DNA from: Candidatus Parcubacteria bacterium
Lineage (GTDB): Bacteria; Patescibacteriota; Minisyncoccia; Phycocordibacterales; PALSA-1337
DNA length: 63,466 nt
Assembly: GCA_963766795.1 (NCBI GenBank)
Contig: CAVYBN010000006.1
Coordinates: 1-63,466, forward strand
Direction: 5' to 3'
This document shows positions 1-9,044 of the stretch, one piece after another. The position numbers and the translations under genes were made by a program. The notes beneath the pieces were generated by a model. That model searched no databases and was not told the origin of the DNA. It saw nothing but the letters and a program-made list of their open reading frames with translations. Numbering within the stretch: position 1 is the stretch's first letter; every line of letters begins with the position of its first letter.

Positions 1-568
1 AACGGCGCCTCGAATTCATTCGCGTTGACGGTAGAGGCCAGCCTGCCTGCTTCCAAAGCCGATACCAATCGCTCCAACAATCCCGATCTCGATGACTGCC
101 TCTTTCTTGCCAGCCTTGGCTTCTTTGCCAAGCGAATTCTTGCGCTTGGTCGCGGTTTGTAGATCGGCTAAAACCAATTCAAGGTTGATGACTTCGATAT
201 CTTTGACCGGATCGATCTTGCCGTGGACATGGATGACATTGTCGTCCTCGAAGATGCGCACAACTTCAGCTATGGCATCGGTCTCGCGGATGTGAGAGAG
301 GAATTGGTTGCCGAGGCCTTCGCCTTCGGATGCGCCCTTGACCAGGCCGGCGATGTCCGTGAACTCGACCGCGGCCGGAACGGTTTTGGCGGATTTTGAA
401 AAGTCCAAGAGCTTTTGAAGCCTGTCATCCGGCACGGCCACGACACCCACCGAAGGATCAATGGTGAAGAGGATAATTTTCGGCTGGTACGCTTTTCCGA
501 ATCAGCGCATTGAAAAGCGTAGATTTTCCGACGTTGGGTAATCCGACTATTCCTATTGATAATGACAT
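1..568 (-). CDS. ychF: Redox-regulated ATPase YchF, 5' part (runs off the window; two apparent frameshifts)
   Basis: ATG at 568 gives [22 protein letters not shown] (G1 motif). After an indel near 465 it continues [13 protein letters not shown]...[31 protein letters not shown]. Confidence 0.95.
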
Positions 569-704
569 TTGACTTATTGTATGGTAATTTCAACTAAATC
601 AAGCACCCAACAATGAAAGGAAGTACGTTCAATGAAAACAAATGTGAATTTGGAGACGGAAGTTACAAGCCTGCCAGGGAAAGAATGGTCACTAAGAGCC
701 CAGA

Positions 705-1100
705 GTGTTCTTCAAGACCGAACTGTGTTTAGTGTTCCTGAAGCATATGCTTAACGGCGGCGTACATTATGACGGATTCGGTTTTAGGGTCGATGGGGTT
801 GGTATGGGAACATACCAGGAAATCCGCCGACGCCTTATGAGTAATGGTTTTCCGGATTTGAGCCATGAGGTTTTTGGGCGGGGGTATGACGGAACCATCT
901 CCACGGAATTAGCATTGAAATACATGCTTAACAGATGGCCGGAGGCCACAAGGAAACAAAGGAGGGCCCTGCTTAAGAATTGGGCGAACATTGGAGCGAC
1001 GGCTGTTGAACTATTTGATAAGCACATTTCACAGAGCGGGAAACCGCTCTTTTTTGCAGATAAAGAACTCGCCTGTTCTATTGCAACGCACTACATTTGA
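705..1100 (+). CDS. Hypothetical protein (true start may be the ATG near 632 across a frameshift)
   Basis: 131-aa ORF in the intergenic gap; no recognisable motif. Confidence 0.45.
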   Translation: MFFKTELCLVFLKHMLNGGVHYDGFGFRVDGVGMGTYQEIRRRLMSNGFPDLSHEVFGRGYDGTISTELALKYMLNRWPEATRKQRRALLKNWANIGATAVELFDKHISQSGKPLFFADKELACSIATHYI

Positions 1101-1130
1101 GTGTAGTGGCACTACATCAAAGTGTAGTGG
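1089..1130. repeat. Two tandem 21-bp palindromic units CACTACA-N6-TGTAGTG-G
   Basis: cactacatttgagtgtagtgg followed directly by cactacatcaaagtgtagtgg. Confidence 0.85.
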
Positions 1131-1157
1131 CATAAAAAGCAATGCAGCTCCATAAAC

Positions 1158-2629
1158 TTATCCGACTTGTTTCGCCCCTTTCGGATATTTTATCAATGGT
1201 AATTTGCCCCGATTATCCAGGATTGATGTGACGAATCTCCATGACGCCATGATCTCGTCAGTCGAAGCAAACAGGGTCTGGTCGCCGACGAAAGCGTCGC
1301 TGATCAAACGCTCGTAATCGTTCGAGTCGCCGGAAAGCGGCAGAGAGTCGGCGTATTTGAATTTTAGCGGCTTAGGTTCGAGCTTGAACTCGGCGCCAGG
1401 AGTTTGACGAAGAATTTCAACCGAATTCCTTCATCCGGCTGAATTCGAAGCGTCAAAATGTTCTGCCCATTTGATTGAGTGCCTTCTTCTGTCCCTGCGT
1501 CAACTTTTGACTTTTGACCCTCGATCGCTGTCGAGGGCAAGCTTTTGACTTTTGAATTTCCTTTGAAATAAACATCGATCTCCGTCTTGGCCTCATTCAA
1601 AGCCTTGCCATTCTCGAGCCAGATCGGCACGCCTCTCCAACGCGCGGAGTCTATGAAGCACCGGATGCGGAAATAGGTCTCGGTCGAGGAATCGTTCTTG
1701 ACGCCGGCCTCGCCGGTATAGCCGACATATTGCCCCTTCACGACCTGCTCCGCGATCCGGCGCGGCTTGATCCTGGCGAGCTTGCGGAGAACCCGCGCGC
1801 GCTCATGCGCCACGGCCGGTCCGAGAAAGACGCCGGCCGGTCCATGGTCGCGATCGCGAGCATAGAGAGCATGTGATTCCGGCCAATCTCCCTTTAAGGC
1901 GCCCAGGGAATCGTAGAACGCACCGCGGCCTTCCATGCCGTAAGTTTCGTAGAGCTTGATGTGGATCTTGTATGAATTCGCGCCTCCAGATCGGCTCGAA
2001 TATCGAGTTGGCGAAACGGAATGCCATGATGTTTGCAAAGTCTCCTTGGCGATGCAATGGTCGATGCGGAAGATCTGCTCCTCCTTGAAGAGCTTGCCCA
2101 AGAGCTTGTCGAGGCGGCGGGCATGCTTCTGGTCGGAACCGAAGGGCTTTTCGATCAGGATGCGCGTCCAACCAGTATCGTCCGCGCACGGCACGGTCAG
2201 GCCGGAAACGGACAGTTGGTTCAGGATGCCTTCGTAGAGATGCGGCGGCACTGACAGATGGAAGAGCTTGTTCGAGCACTGGCCCCACTCCGCGTCTATG
2301 CCCTTCAGGCGCTCAGAAGCCGCGCGATGCCGCGGCATCGTCGAAGAAGCCCTGCTCGTATGACATGTGGTCGAGGAAATGCTTGATGTCCTCTTCCTTG
2401 AATCGGCCGGGCGGACGTTGATATGTCCGCGGATGAACTCGCGGAATTCCTTGCGATTGAAGGAGCGGCGCGAGAAGCCGATGACCGCGAAACGCAAAGG
2501 CAAGAGCTTCTTGGCGTAAAGACCGATCAAGGCCGGGATGAGCTTGCGTCCGGCCAAGTCGCCGGTCACGCCAAAGATCACGAATATGGTCGGATGAAGA
2601 GCGGCAGGCGATGATTGAGATACTGGCAT
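1158..2629 (-). CDS. zwf: Glucose-6-phosphate 1-dehydrogenase (several apparent frameshifts)
   Basis: IFGVTGDLAGRKLIP Rossmann motif, ILIEKPFG, RIDH, WRGVP; C-terminal YERLISDAFVGDQTLF...*, with the stop at 1158-1160 in another frame. Confidence 0.93.
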
Positions 2630-2929
2630 GGATGAAGTATAAGGTATAAAGGTATAAAAGTATAAATGTATACCCTGATACTTTTATATCTTGCGTTTAA
2701 AACTCTTCGCCCCATTTGACCCAAGCCGGATAGATGTTGCCAGCCACAAAGACGCATGGCAGGATGATGATCGCCGAGATGACCCACAACACGAAATGTA
2801 TGACCTTAGGCAAAACGCCGATCACGGCGGCAAACATATCGCCTATGGCTTTGAAGAATTCGCTCATCATAGATGTAAGAAAAACGCTAACACATTATAG
2901 TGCATTAACGCAAGAACGCCTCTTTCGTG

Positions 2930-3003
2930 TGCACCCTGCAAGATTCGAACTTGCGGCCTCGCCCGTGTGAAGGGCGCGCTCTAGCCAACTGAGCTAAGGG
3001 TGC
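2930..3003 (-). tRNA. tRNA-Val(CAC)
   Basis: Cloverleaf GCACCCT/AGGGTGC acceptor stem, anticodon arm CGCCC-TT CAC AC-GGGCG, T loop TTCGAAT. Confidence 0.95.
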
Positions 3004-3012
3004 ATCTGATTC

Positions 3013-3055
3013 TGGTCGGGCCGCCGGGAATCGAACCCGGACCGCATCCACCCCA
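3013..3055 (-). pseudogene. 3' half of tRNA-Pro (anticodon through CCA), probable att remnant
   Basis: Minus strand TGG GG TGGAT GCGGT CCGGG TTCGATT CCCGG CGGCCCG ACCA. No D arm or 5' acceptor strand upstream; an integrase is adjacent. Confidence 0.75.
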
Positions 3056-3252
3056 TGAACGCCGCGGAGATTTTTCCCGTGAATAATCTATATTTTTGAA
3101 GACGGAAATGTCTTTTTCCTCTCTAAAGTCATGTCGTTTTGACGCCCTGTTTAATGTCAGAAAATCACCCTGATTCAGGACTTCATTGAAGCCGACTGCA
3201 ATGATTAAATTAGGTTTATAATGTGAACTGTCCATGGTTGAGAGTATCAGAT

Positions 3253-4200
3253 TTAGACCAAGTTATCAAAGCTCAATTTGTTAACAGATTCAGCTAGATC
3301 TTCGACGGTAAGTGACCGCAAATATTGTTGAGTCATCCGGAGGTCGGTATGGCCGAGCAATTTCTGGATCTTATCCAGAGTCACGCCAGCAGCGGCGAGA
3401 TTGTGCGCGAACGTATGACGGAATCTATGCAGGTGGAATGAGAAACCGGACAACCCGACCAAGCGTTTAGTCCAATGTACGATCCCATCACGAGTCAGAC
3501 CAGAATCCTTATTCAAGGAAACGAAAAGAAATGGTGTCGTGTATTTACCCTTGCGTCTTTCGTCCATATAATCCCCAAGCATCGACTTCAAAATAAGATT
3601 CATCGGTATAAGCCGAGTTTGCTTTGATTTAGAAGTTTCGGCCCGTATTCGTACAGTATTTCTGTCGAATTCCAAGTCATCCGGTCTCAAACCGAGCAAT
3701 TCTCCTCTTCTAATACCGGTAAACAGAAGCGTATGCACGATTGCCAGATCTCTCTTAAGTTGCAAACGAGCCGGTGAGTTTGCGTATATAGCCGCTATGA
3801 TCTTATCGATTTCGTCTTTTCGTAACGATCTCGCGTCGTCATATTTTACTTTAGGGCGCTTATGTCTGATCTCCAATAGAGGATTTGCCGCTATCTCCTT
3901 GCGAATCAGCAGCCATTGGAAAAAAGTGTTCAGTTTCGACCAGTAGGTCCGGACCGTCGACTTCCTAACGCCGATTTCCTCGATTCTGGCTTTGCCTATA
4001 TATCTAATCCGTGTTTGCAATCTCTCAAAGAACTTTGTCATGGTAATTGTATTTATTGTCTCGACCGAGATGTCGGGAATCAGTAGTGTTAGTAATTTGA
4101 ACGCTTGCTCATATCCCCGGATCGTGTCTGGTCTGGAAAGCCTAGCGAATTTGCAGTCGCGCGTGAATTCCTCGAATTTTCCGTTTAGCTCATTGTTCAT
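3253..4200 (-). CDS. Tyrosine recombinase/integrase
   Basis: Catalytic set present: GIRRGELL (R), HRFRHT (HxxR), LGH, QQY. N-terminal SAM-like region (RPDTIRGY). Probable start MNNEL at 4200. Confidence 0.95.
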   Translation of the reverse strand: MNNELNGKFEEFTRDCKFARLSRPDTIRGYEQAFKLLTLLIPDISVETINTITMTKFFERLQTRIRYIGKARIEEIGVRKSTVRTYWSKLNTFFQWLLIRKEIAANPLLEIRHKRPKVKYDDARSLRKDEIDKIIAAIYANSPARLQLKRDLAIVHTLLFTGIRRGELLGLRPDDLEFDRNTVRIRAETSKSKQTRLIPMNLILKSMLGDYMDERRKGKYTTPFLFVSLNKDSGLTRDGIVHWTKRLVGLSGFSFHLHRFRHTFAHNLAAAGVTLDKIQKLLGHTDLRMTQQYLRSLTVEDLAESVNKLSFDNLV

Positions 4201-4316
4201 TAGTTTGTTATGGCCCTTTTCCCAACCTCGCAACTAGCACATAGCGGATCCTTTCCGGACCCTTGTTTTATATGGCTAATTTGGCGGCGGTTTTGGCACA
4301 AGGGGCATTGTGGCGT

Positions 4317-4646
4317 TTAGATGAGTTTATTTTCCAGATCATTGGCCGTGTAGGGAGTATCCATATTCTTGAACTTTCCCTTGGCCACCCATTTGTTAAT
4401 ATCTAGTTGTTTTCTTTGAAATTTCCTATACGGCGATTTTAAGCAGACTTTTTCTCCCGGATACCACAAAACTTCATTTTTATAACAAGGATTTGGATCA
4501 CCCTGGCAGATAGGTGTTTCACAACTCTGGTAGTGTTCGTTTTTCATACTATTAGCACGCATTATTGAATTGTTAAGGATGGTCTTCATGGAATTGCCCT
4601 GGCTTAATGCCGTAGCGATTCGATGAGATTGATTTTTCACAGACAA
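4317..4646 (-). CDS. Hypothetical protein (Cys-containing)
   Basis: 109-aa ORF with CETPIC and KVCLK; AT-rich island composition. Confidence 0.5.
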   Translation of the reverse strand: MSVKNQSHRIATALSQGNSMKTILNNSIMRANSMKNEHYQSCETPICQGDPNPCYKNEVLWYPGEKVCLKSPYRKFQRKQLDINKWVAKGKFKNMDTPYTANDLENKLI

Positions 4647-4882
4647 AGAAGCGCCAGTTTGTTATTACTGTCGCTGTTATAGCTTTTACCCTGTTGGTAC
4701 TAAGCTCTCCTGATTAGGGACGACTGCTTACCATGCAAGCAATCAAGTCCGCGATGATCTTTTGAGTTTTTCTATCCTAGATGAAATGGTATCTTTGAAG
4801 ATTCACCGATGAGATACCTAACGGGTCAGTTATATGCTTTTGCTGACTTATATTTACATTATAGCTCCTGCCAATGTAGAAG

Positions 4883-5422
4883 TCAATGAGGGTTAGTTTT
4901 TCTAGACCTTTTTTTCAAAGCCTCAATTTTGGCCAGTTTGTCTTCTTCGTTCAATCCAAAATAATTTTCCGTCATAGTGATCCAAATTCCAAGCCAATAT
5001 TTCATCCTTTCGTCTTTTTCGTTTTTCAATTTATTCTTCATTACATTAACGAAAGTCCTCCATGTGAAATTGAACCTTAGTCCGCATCTGCATTCTCGAG
5101 TGACACTGGTATCGGTAAATCGGCGCGTGAAGAGGGAATGTCCGGTTATTTTCCCTTTAAATCTCCTGTCGATAGCACAATCGCCGCAAACTGGGCAAAA
5201 TTTAGACATAAGGTTTAGGGCCATATTTATATGATACGGCATTTTAGACCGACTTCCTGGAGCAGGAGAATAGATTTCCATGAGAAATTGTTCCTTTGTT
5301 TGATTAGGGCGCACAAGTGGAGAAGCGAGATACAAATAATCTTGAATATACCTTCGAGACTTTCCAAGCGTTACAGTCATTTGATCAATTGGATCTTTTT
5401 CCCTTATTTTCTTCATAACCAC
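4883..5422 (-). CDS. Hypothetical protein with possible Zn-binding Cys pairs
   Basis: 179-aa ORF with CPVCGDC and CRC. Confidence 0.6.
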   Translation of the reverse strand: MVMKKIREKDPIDQMTVTLGKSRRYIQDYLYLASPLVRPNQTKEQFLMEIYSPAPGSRSKMPYHINMALNLMSKFCPVCGDCAIDRRFKGKITGHSLFTRRFTDTSVTRECRCGLRFNFTWRTFVNVMKNKLKNEKDERMKYWLGIWITMTENYFGLNEEDKLAKIEALKKRSRKTNPH

Positions 5423-5704
5423 TAATATTAGGGGAGTTAGTAATAGAAGTCAAATGGTGACTTTAATGTAAAATAGGACTAATTATGGAAAAAGGAATGG
5501 ATCTGTAGGTGAAGTCATGTCGTCTATCGAACTCCGGTAAGAAATATATATTGTGCGACATACAATGTACCTAGAGTGTTGAGAGCAAAGCCTAGCTAGT
5601 TTAGGCCTCCCTATCAACATAAAAGGTCGTTTATAAACAAAACTGAATTATCCGGTGAATTCCCTTTGGGGTTCATGGGGTAATTTTCTTATATAACCAA
5701 AAAT

Positions 5705-5896
5705 ATGCAAACAATAAAATTAGCGTTACTCGAATTCCACGAGGGTGAGTTTCAAGGAATTATGTACTCCAATATTCACGCTCGTTATAATGGCAAGATT
5801 TTAAAGTTCAAGCTAGATCGCAACAAGGTTGGTAATATCTTGAACCTAGTCGATCAGGACGTTGAAGCTGATATAGACATCGTCGCAGGCACTAAC
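5705..5896 (+). pseudogene. Small protein truncated by the IS4 insertion
   Basis: MQTIKLALLEF... reads into the IS terminal repeat at 5897. Confidence 0.5.
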
Positions 5897-7182
5897 CAGA
5901 GCTGTCCCATTAAACTCTAAGGAGGTGCATTTGGATGACTTCTGGCTCGAGCAACTTCGATACCGATGAAGATGTTAACGACAAGAGATCAATGAGTGGT
6001 CGTCGCGTAAACAAGGTCTCTCGCACCATGCGGGTAAGTTCCAGGAGTGATCGCGGGAATCTGGTCTGAAACTTGATGTAGGCAAGCAGGAGGTAGTAGA
6101 TCATGGCCACCCAGATCTGTGAAAGCACCGCGTTCTTTGAAGTCCCCAGAAATGATTTGATATGCAGATTCTGTTTGATCCATTTGAAGAAGTTCTCGAT
6201 ACGCCAGCGTTCTTTGTAGACAAGAGCGACCTCGTCACCGGAAAGTTTAAAATTGTTGGTCAGATATTCGTAAACATCTCCAGTATCGGAGAGATACCGG
6301 ACACGTCGTAATTCTTTGCCGTATTCTGACGCATGAAGTCGCCCAACCCAAATGCGCTCATCAGCCAATACGCGTCCCAAGGGTTCGCTGTGCACACCAC
6401 GTACCTTGATCAACTGATTTCCTCTGGGACGCGTAACGAAGAAAAGATCAAGCAGGTCAATCTCCTCCCACCAGCTGCAGTCAACGTAACCACGGTCAAA
6501 AACCACGATACTGCCTCGTGGTAGAGAGATTAAGAGATTTCTAGCACCAATGATGTCCGCTACCTTTCCATCGGTCACAGTGAGTACTTCTGGCATAGTG
6601 GTGCGGTTGTTGATGACCGTATGTATCTTGATTGCTCCTTTTTCATGCGAGTAGTGAGCCCAGTCAAAGAGCGAGAGGCAGAGGGTGATGGTAGTCGCAT
6701 CAAGCGCGTACAAGGGATTGTCGAATGTAAATGTCCTTTCCGGCGTGATGTCTCGACATTGCGCAAGCAGAGCGTAAAACAAATGCTCGAATATTCTGTA
6801 GTCGCGCGTATTGTTCGCTCTCGCCACCGTTGAGCGGGCGACAGATTGAACGCCGAGATGGTGCCAGACTTCCGGATTGGTGCGAAGTCCGGTCTCGATG
6901 TCGCGCAGACTTTCTTTGCCTGTTGCTTGCGCGTACAGTAGCAATACCAATTGATTCCAGACGGTCATTTTCTTCACATATCTGTCTGCGTTATGCTGTC
7001 CCACAAAACGCCTGAATTCATATTTTGGCAGAAATGCTAAAAGTTGCCCGAAAATCGTGCTAGAGTAATACATACGAAAAGCCCCGTGAGGGAAATTAAG
7101 CTCATACTAAGTCCGACAGACATAGTATGGCTTACCTCATCGGGTTTTTCTAGTTTCGGTCTATTTTAGTGGGACAGGTGTG
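5897..7182 (-). mobile_element. IS4-family insertion sequence (copy 1)
   Basis: 18-bp imperfect terminal inverted repeats CAGAGCTGTCCCATTAAA (5897-5914) and, on the reverse strand, CACACCTGTCCCACTAAA (7165-7182). No target-site duplication seen. Confidence 0.85.
5910..7073 (-). CDS. IS4-family DDE transposase (DUF4372-like N-terminus)
   Basis: YALDATTI, VVFDRGY, Y-x3-RW-x-IE-x-FF-x-WIKQ signature. Confidence 0.95.
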   Translation of the reverse strand: MYYSSTIFGQLLAFLPKYEFRRFVGQHNADRYVKKMTVWNQLVLLLYAQATGKESLRDIETGLRTNPEVWHHLGVQSVARSTVARANNTRDYRIFEHLFYALLAQCRDITPERTFTFDNPLYALDATTITLCLSLFDWAHYSHEKGAIKIHTVINNRTTMPEVLTVTDGKVADIIGARNLLISLPRGSIVVFDRGYVDCSWWEEIDLLDLFFVTRPRGNQLIKVRGVHSEPLGRVLADERIWVGRLHASEYGKELRRVRYLSDTGDVYEYLTNNFKLSGDEVALVYKERWRIENFFKWIKQNLHIKSFLGTSKNAVLSQIWVAMIYYLLLAYIKFQTRFPRSLLELTRMVRETLFTRRPLIDLLSLTSSSVSKLLEPEVIQMHLLRV

Positions 7183-7644
7183 GATATACCCCCTGTTCCT
7201 GTGGAAAGTCAAAATGGAGGGGTAAATGAGTCCTTCGTCGTTGCCACTCCTCAGGATCTCCGACCAGAGAGCAAGACGGCAGAACCACCAAAAGAGCCTC
7301 AAATTGAAGCGGTTTCAGCAACTCCCGTACAATCTGTGTCTGCGCCAGCGCCACAAACATCGGCTACTACACAGACTCAATCGCTGGCGCAACAAGATCA
7401 AACCGGATTCATCAAGAGTCTGCTCATTAAAGCTCAAGCCAAAATTCAATTCAACAAGCAGAAAAAGCTAGATAAGATCATTCTGTTTGCTCAGAAGAAG
7501 AAAATTGTTGCTAATGAGGATATTCAAATGCTTCTGCATGTCTCGAGTGCTACAGCAACCAGATATCTGGTGAAGTTAGTTCAGCAAGGTCGCCTTGCTC
7601 GCGCGGGGAACCCGCGCGACGCCAAATACCAATTCTTGCGCTGA
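7183..7644 (+). pseudogene. 5'-truncated gene with Pro/Gln-rich linker and C-terminal winged helix
   Basis: Begins at the IS edge; C-terminus NEDIQMLLHVSSATATRYLVKLVQQGRL is a typical wHTH. Confidence 0.65.
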
Positions 7645-7653
7645 AATATGTTT

Positions 7654-7680
7654 GTGGCTCAATTCCATCATTTGAGCCAT
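7654..7680 (+). repeat. 27-bp palindromic site, copy a
   Basis: GTGGCTCAA-TTCCATCAT-TTGAGCCAT. Confidence 0.8.
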
Positions 7681-7712
7681 AGGAGTTTCTGATTACCACC
7701 GAAATCTGTCGA

Positions 7713-7883
7713 GAAGCGGTCGACTTCCGCTTCTTCCATCAACCGTTTTTCGCGCCAAGCACATATCTGTATGGCGGACGCGCCCCTCGGTTGCGACCGG
7801 CAACGGAGGGAAGCGCAGGAGCCATTCGGATATGTGCAAAGGCGCGCCCATTATCATCTGTAGAAGCGGAAGTGGGCCGCTTC
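7713..7883. repeat. GAAGCGG long-hairpin element, copy 1
   Basis: GAAGCGGTCGACTTCCGCTTC ... GAAGCGGAAGTGGGCCGCTTC; related copies at 11293 and 62401. Confidence 0.85.
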
Positions 7884-7910
7884 GAACCGCGCGATTGTGA
7901 TAAAATAGTT

Positions 7911-7937
7911 GTGGCTCAATTGGTGGAATTGAGCCAC
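7911..7937 (-). repeat. 27-bp palindromic site, copy b
   Basis: GTGGCTCAA-TTGGTGGAA-TTGAGCCAC; the spacer is inverted relative to copy a. Confidence 0.85.
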
Positions 7938-8695
7938 AACCGCCGCCCCAAAAAACCAGAAGGAGGACGGCACGGCATTCCTCCCCTCAAACCCCTCCTG
8001 CCGTGCCGTCCGACACAACTTTTTTGAGATTGCCGATCAGCAGATCGTGCCGGCGGAGGCAAGAAAAAAGAAAAATAGCGTCGCCAAGCGACTCCGCATT
8101 TCATTCAAGAAAAAATCACACTTGCGGATTTTCGGCGAAAAATGTTCGAACTTCAAGTAAAAACCTCCGCAAAAATCGCAAAAAACGCAGAGTCGCCCGA
8201 AAAAGGCGAAATGCAATCACCGAGTTGAGGGCGGGGCGGAATTCCTCCCCAGACCCAGTATGAGAGAATCCAGAGCGGACAGCTTTTGTACTAGAATGCA
8301 CAGGCGGAAGCCGGCATAGCGTTCCCGCACCCTGTCACCGCCATTCGGCGGACACGACTAAGGGGGGATTGCACCGGCTTCCCCCTGTGCACGGCAATGA
8401 ACCGATAGCGGTTGGTCACCCTCCGGGGACATGACTCACGCATACTGGGTGTGGGGGAAGGCCTCCGTCCGCCCTCGCTATTTGTTTTTTGCCGACACCG
8501 CCTTCGCCTATTTTTTCGGGCGGGCGCGGGGGCAAAATATGATAGAATCGGAATGTTTCGATAGCCCTAACTGTGGATAACCAAGGGATCATCGATATCA
8601 CCATGATTTCCCCTTGATTTCTAGCGGCTAATTTGATATATTTTATTTACCAAAATGGTTAATCAAAATTGCAATACTTAACACCTCATGCTATC

Positions 8696-9037
8696 ATGAA
8701 AATATCCTTCGATAATCCAAAGCATGAAGCATTGGTCAATGACTTCGACGCTCTCTGCCGGCGGTATAACGAGAAGAGCGACGACTGCGCCACGGAGATT
8801 CTGGACACCATCAACGCATTACATGTTGCCGATTCATTATTCGATCTACCACGCATATACCATCCCCATCCGCTTAGCGGAGAGTACAAGGGATGCTTTG
8901 CAGCTAACGCAACCAAGACGCATAGAGTCATCTTCAAACCAGACCATGCAGGCGATCCGGAATTCAGGGTAGACAATCCCAAAAGCATAAAAACAATTAT
9001 TATACTGGAAATATTCAAAAATTATCATCAGAAATAA
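8696..9037 (+). CDS. higB: HigB-like toxin (plasmid-maintenance killer family)
   Basis: MKISF start, HPHPLSGEYKGCFA...HRVIF, directly upstream of a HigA-type gene. Confidence 0.75.
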   Translation: MKISFDNPKHEALVNDFDALCRRYNEKSDDCATEILDTINALHVADSLFDLPRIYHPHPLSGEYKGCFAANATKTHRVIFKPDHAGDPEFRVDNPKSIKTIIILEIFKNYHQK

Positions 9038-9044
9038 TAAAAAT

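Noticed and set aside
1089-1130. NrdR boxes
   Set aside because: The 21-bp spacing fits, but the 7-6-7 palindrome does not match the 16-bp NrdR box and no nrd gene is adjacent.
3013-3055. Intron-split or permuted tRNA-Pro, or tmRNA 3' end
   Set aside because: The base before the break is A rather than the terminal G of a group I intron, no 5' exon was found, and the CCG-A-CCA end fits tRNA-Pro rather than the alanine-type tmRNA end.
7791-8604. Protein-coding ORFs in the GC-rich repeat tracts (also 62195-62702)
   Set aside because: They are translations of the hairpin repeats (e.g. SVEAEVGRFE in two places) without start signals; likely non-coding.
8669-8697. TTGCAA-17-TATCAT promoter for higB
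   Set aside because: The -10 overlaps the start codon, so the transcript would lack the ATG.
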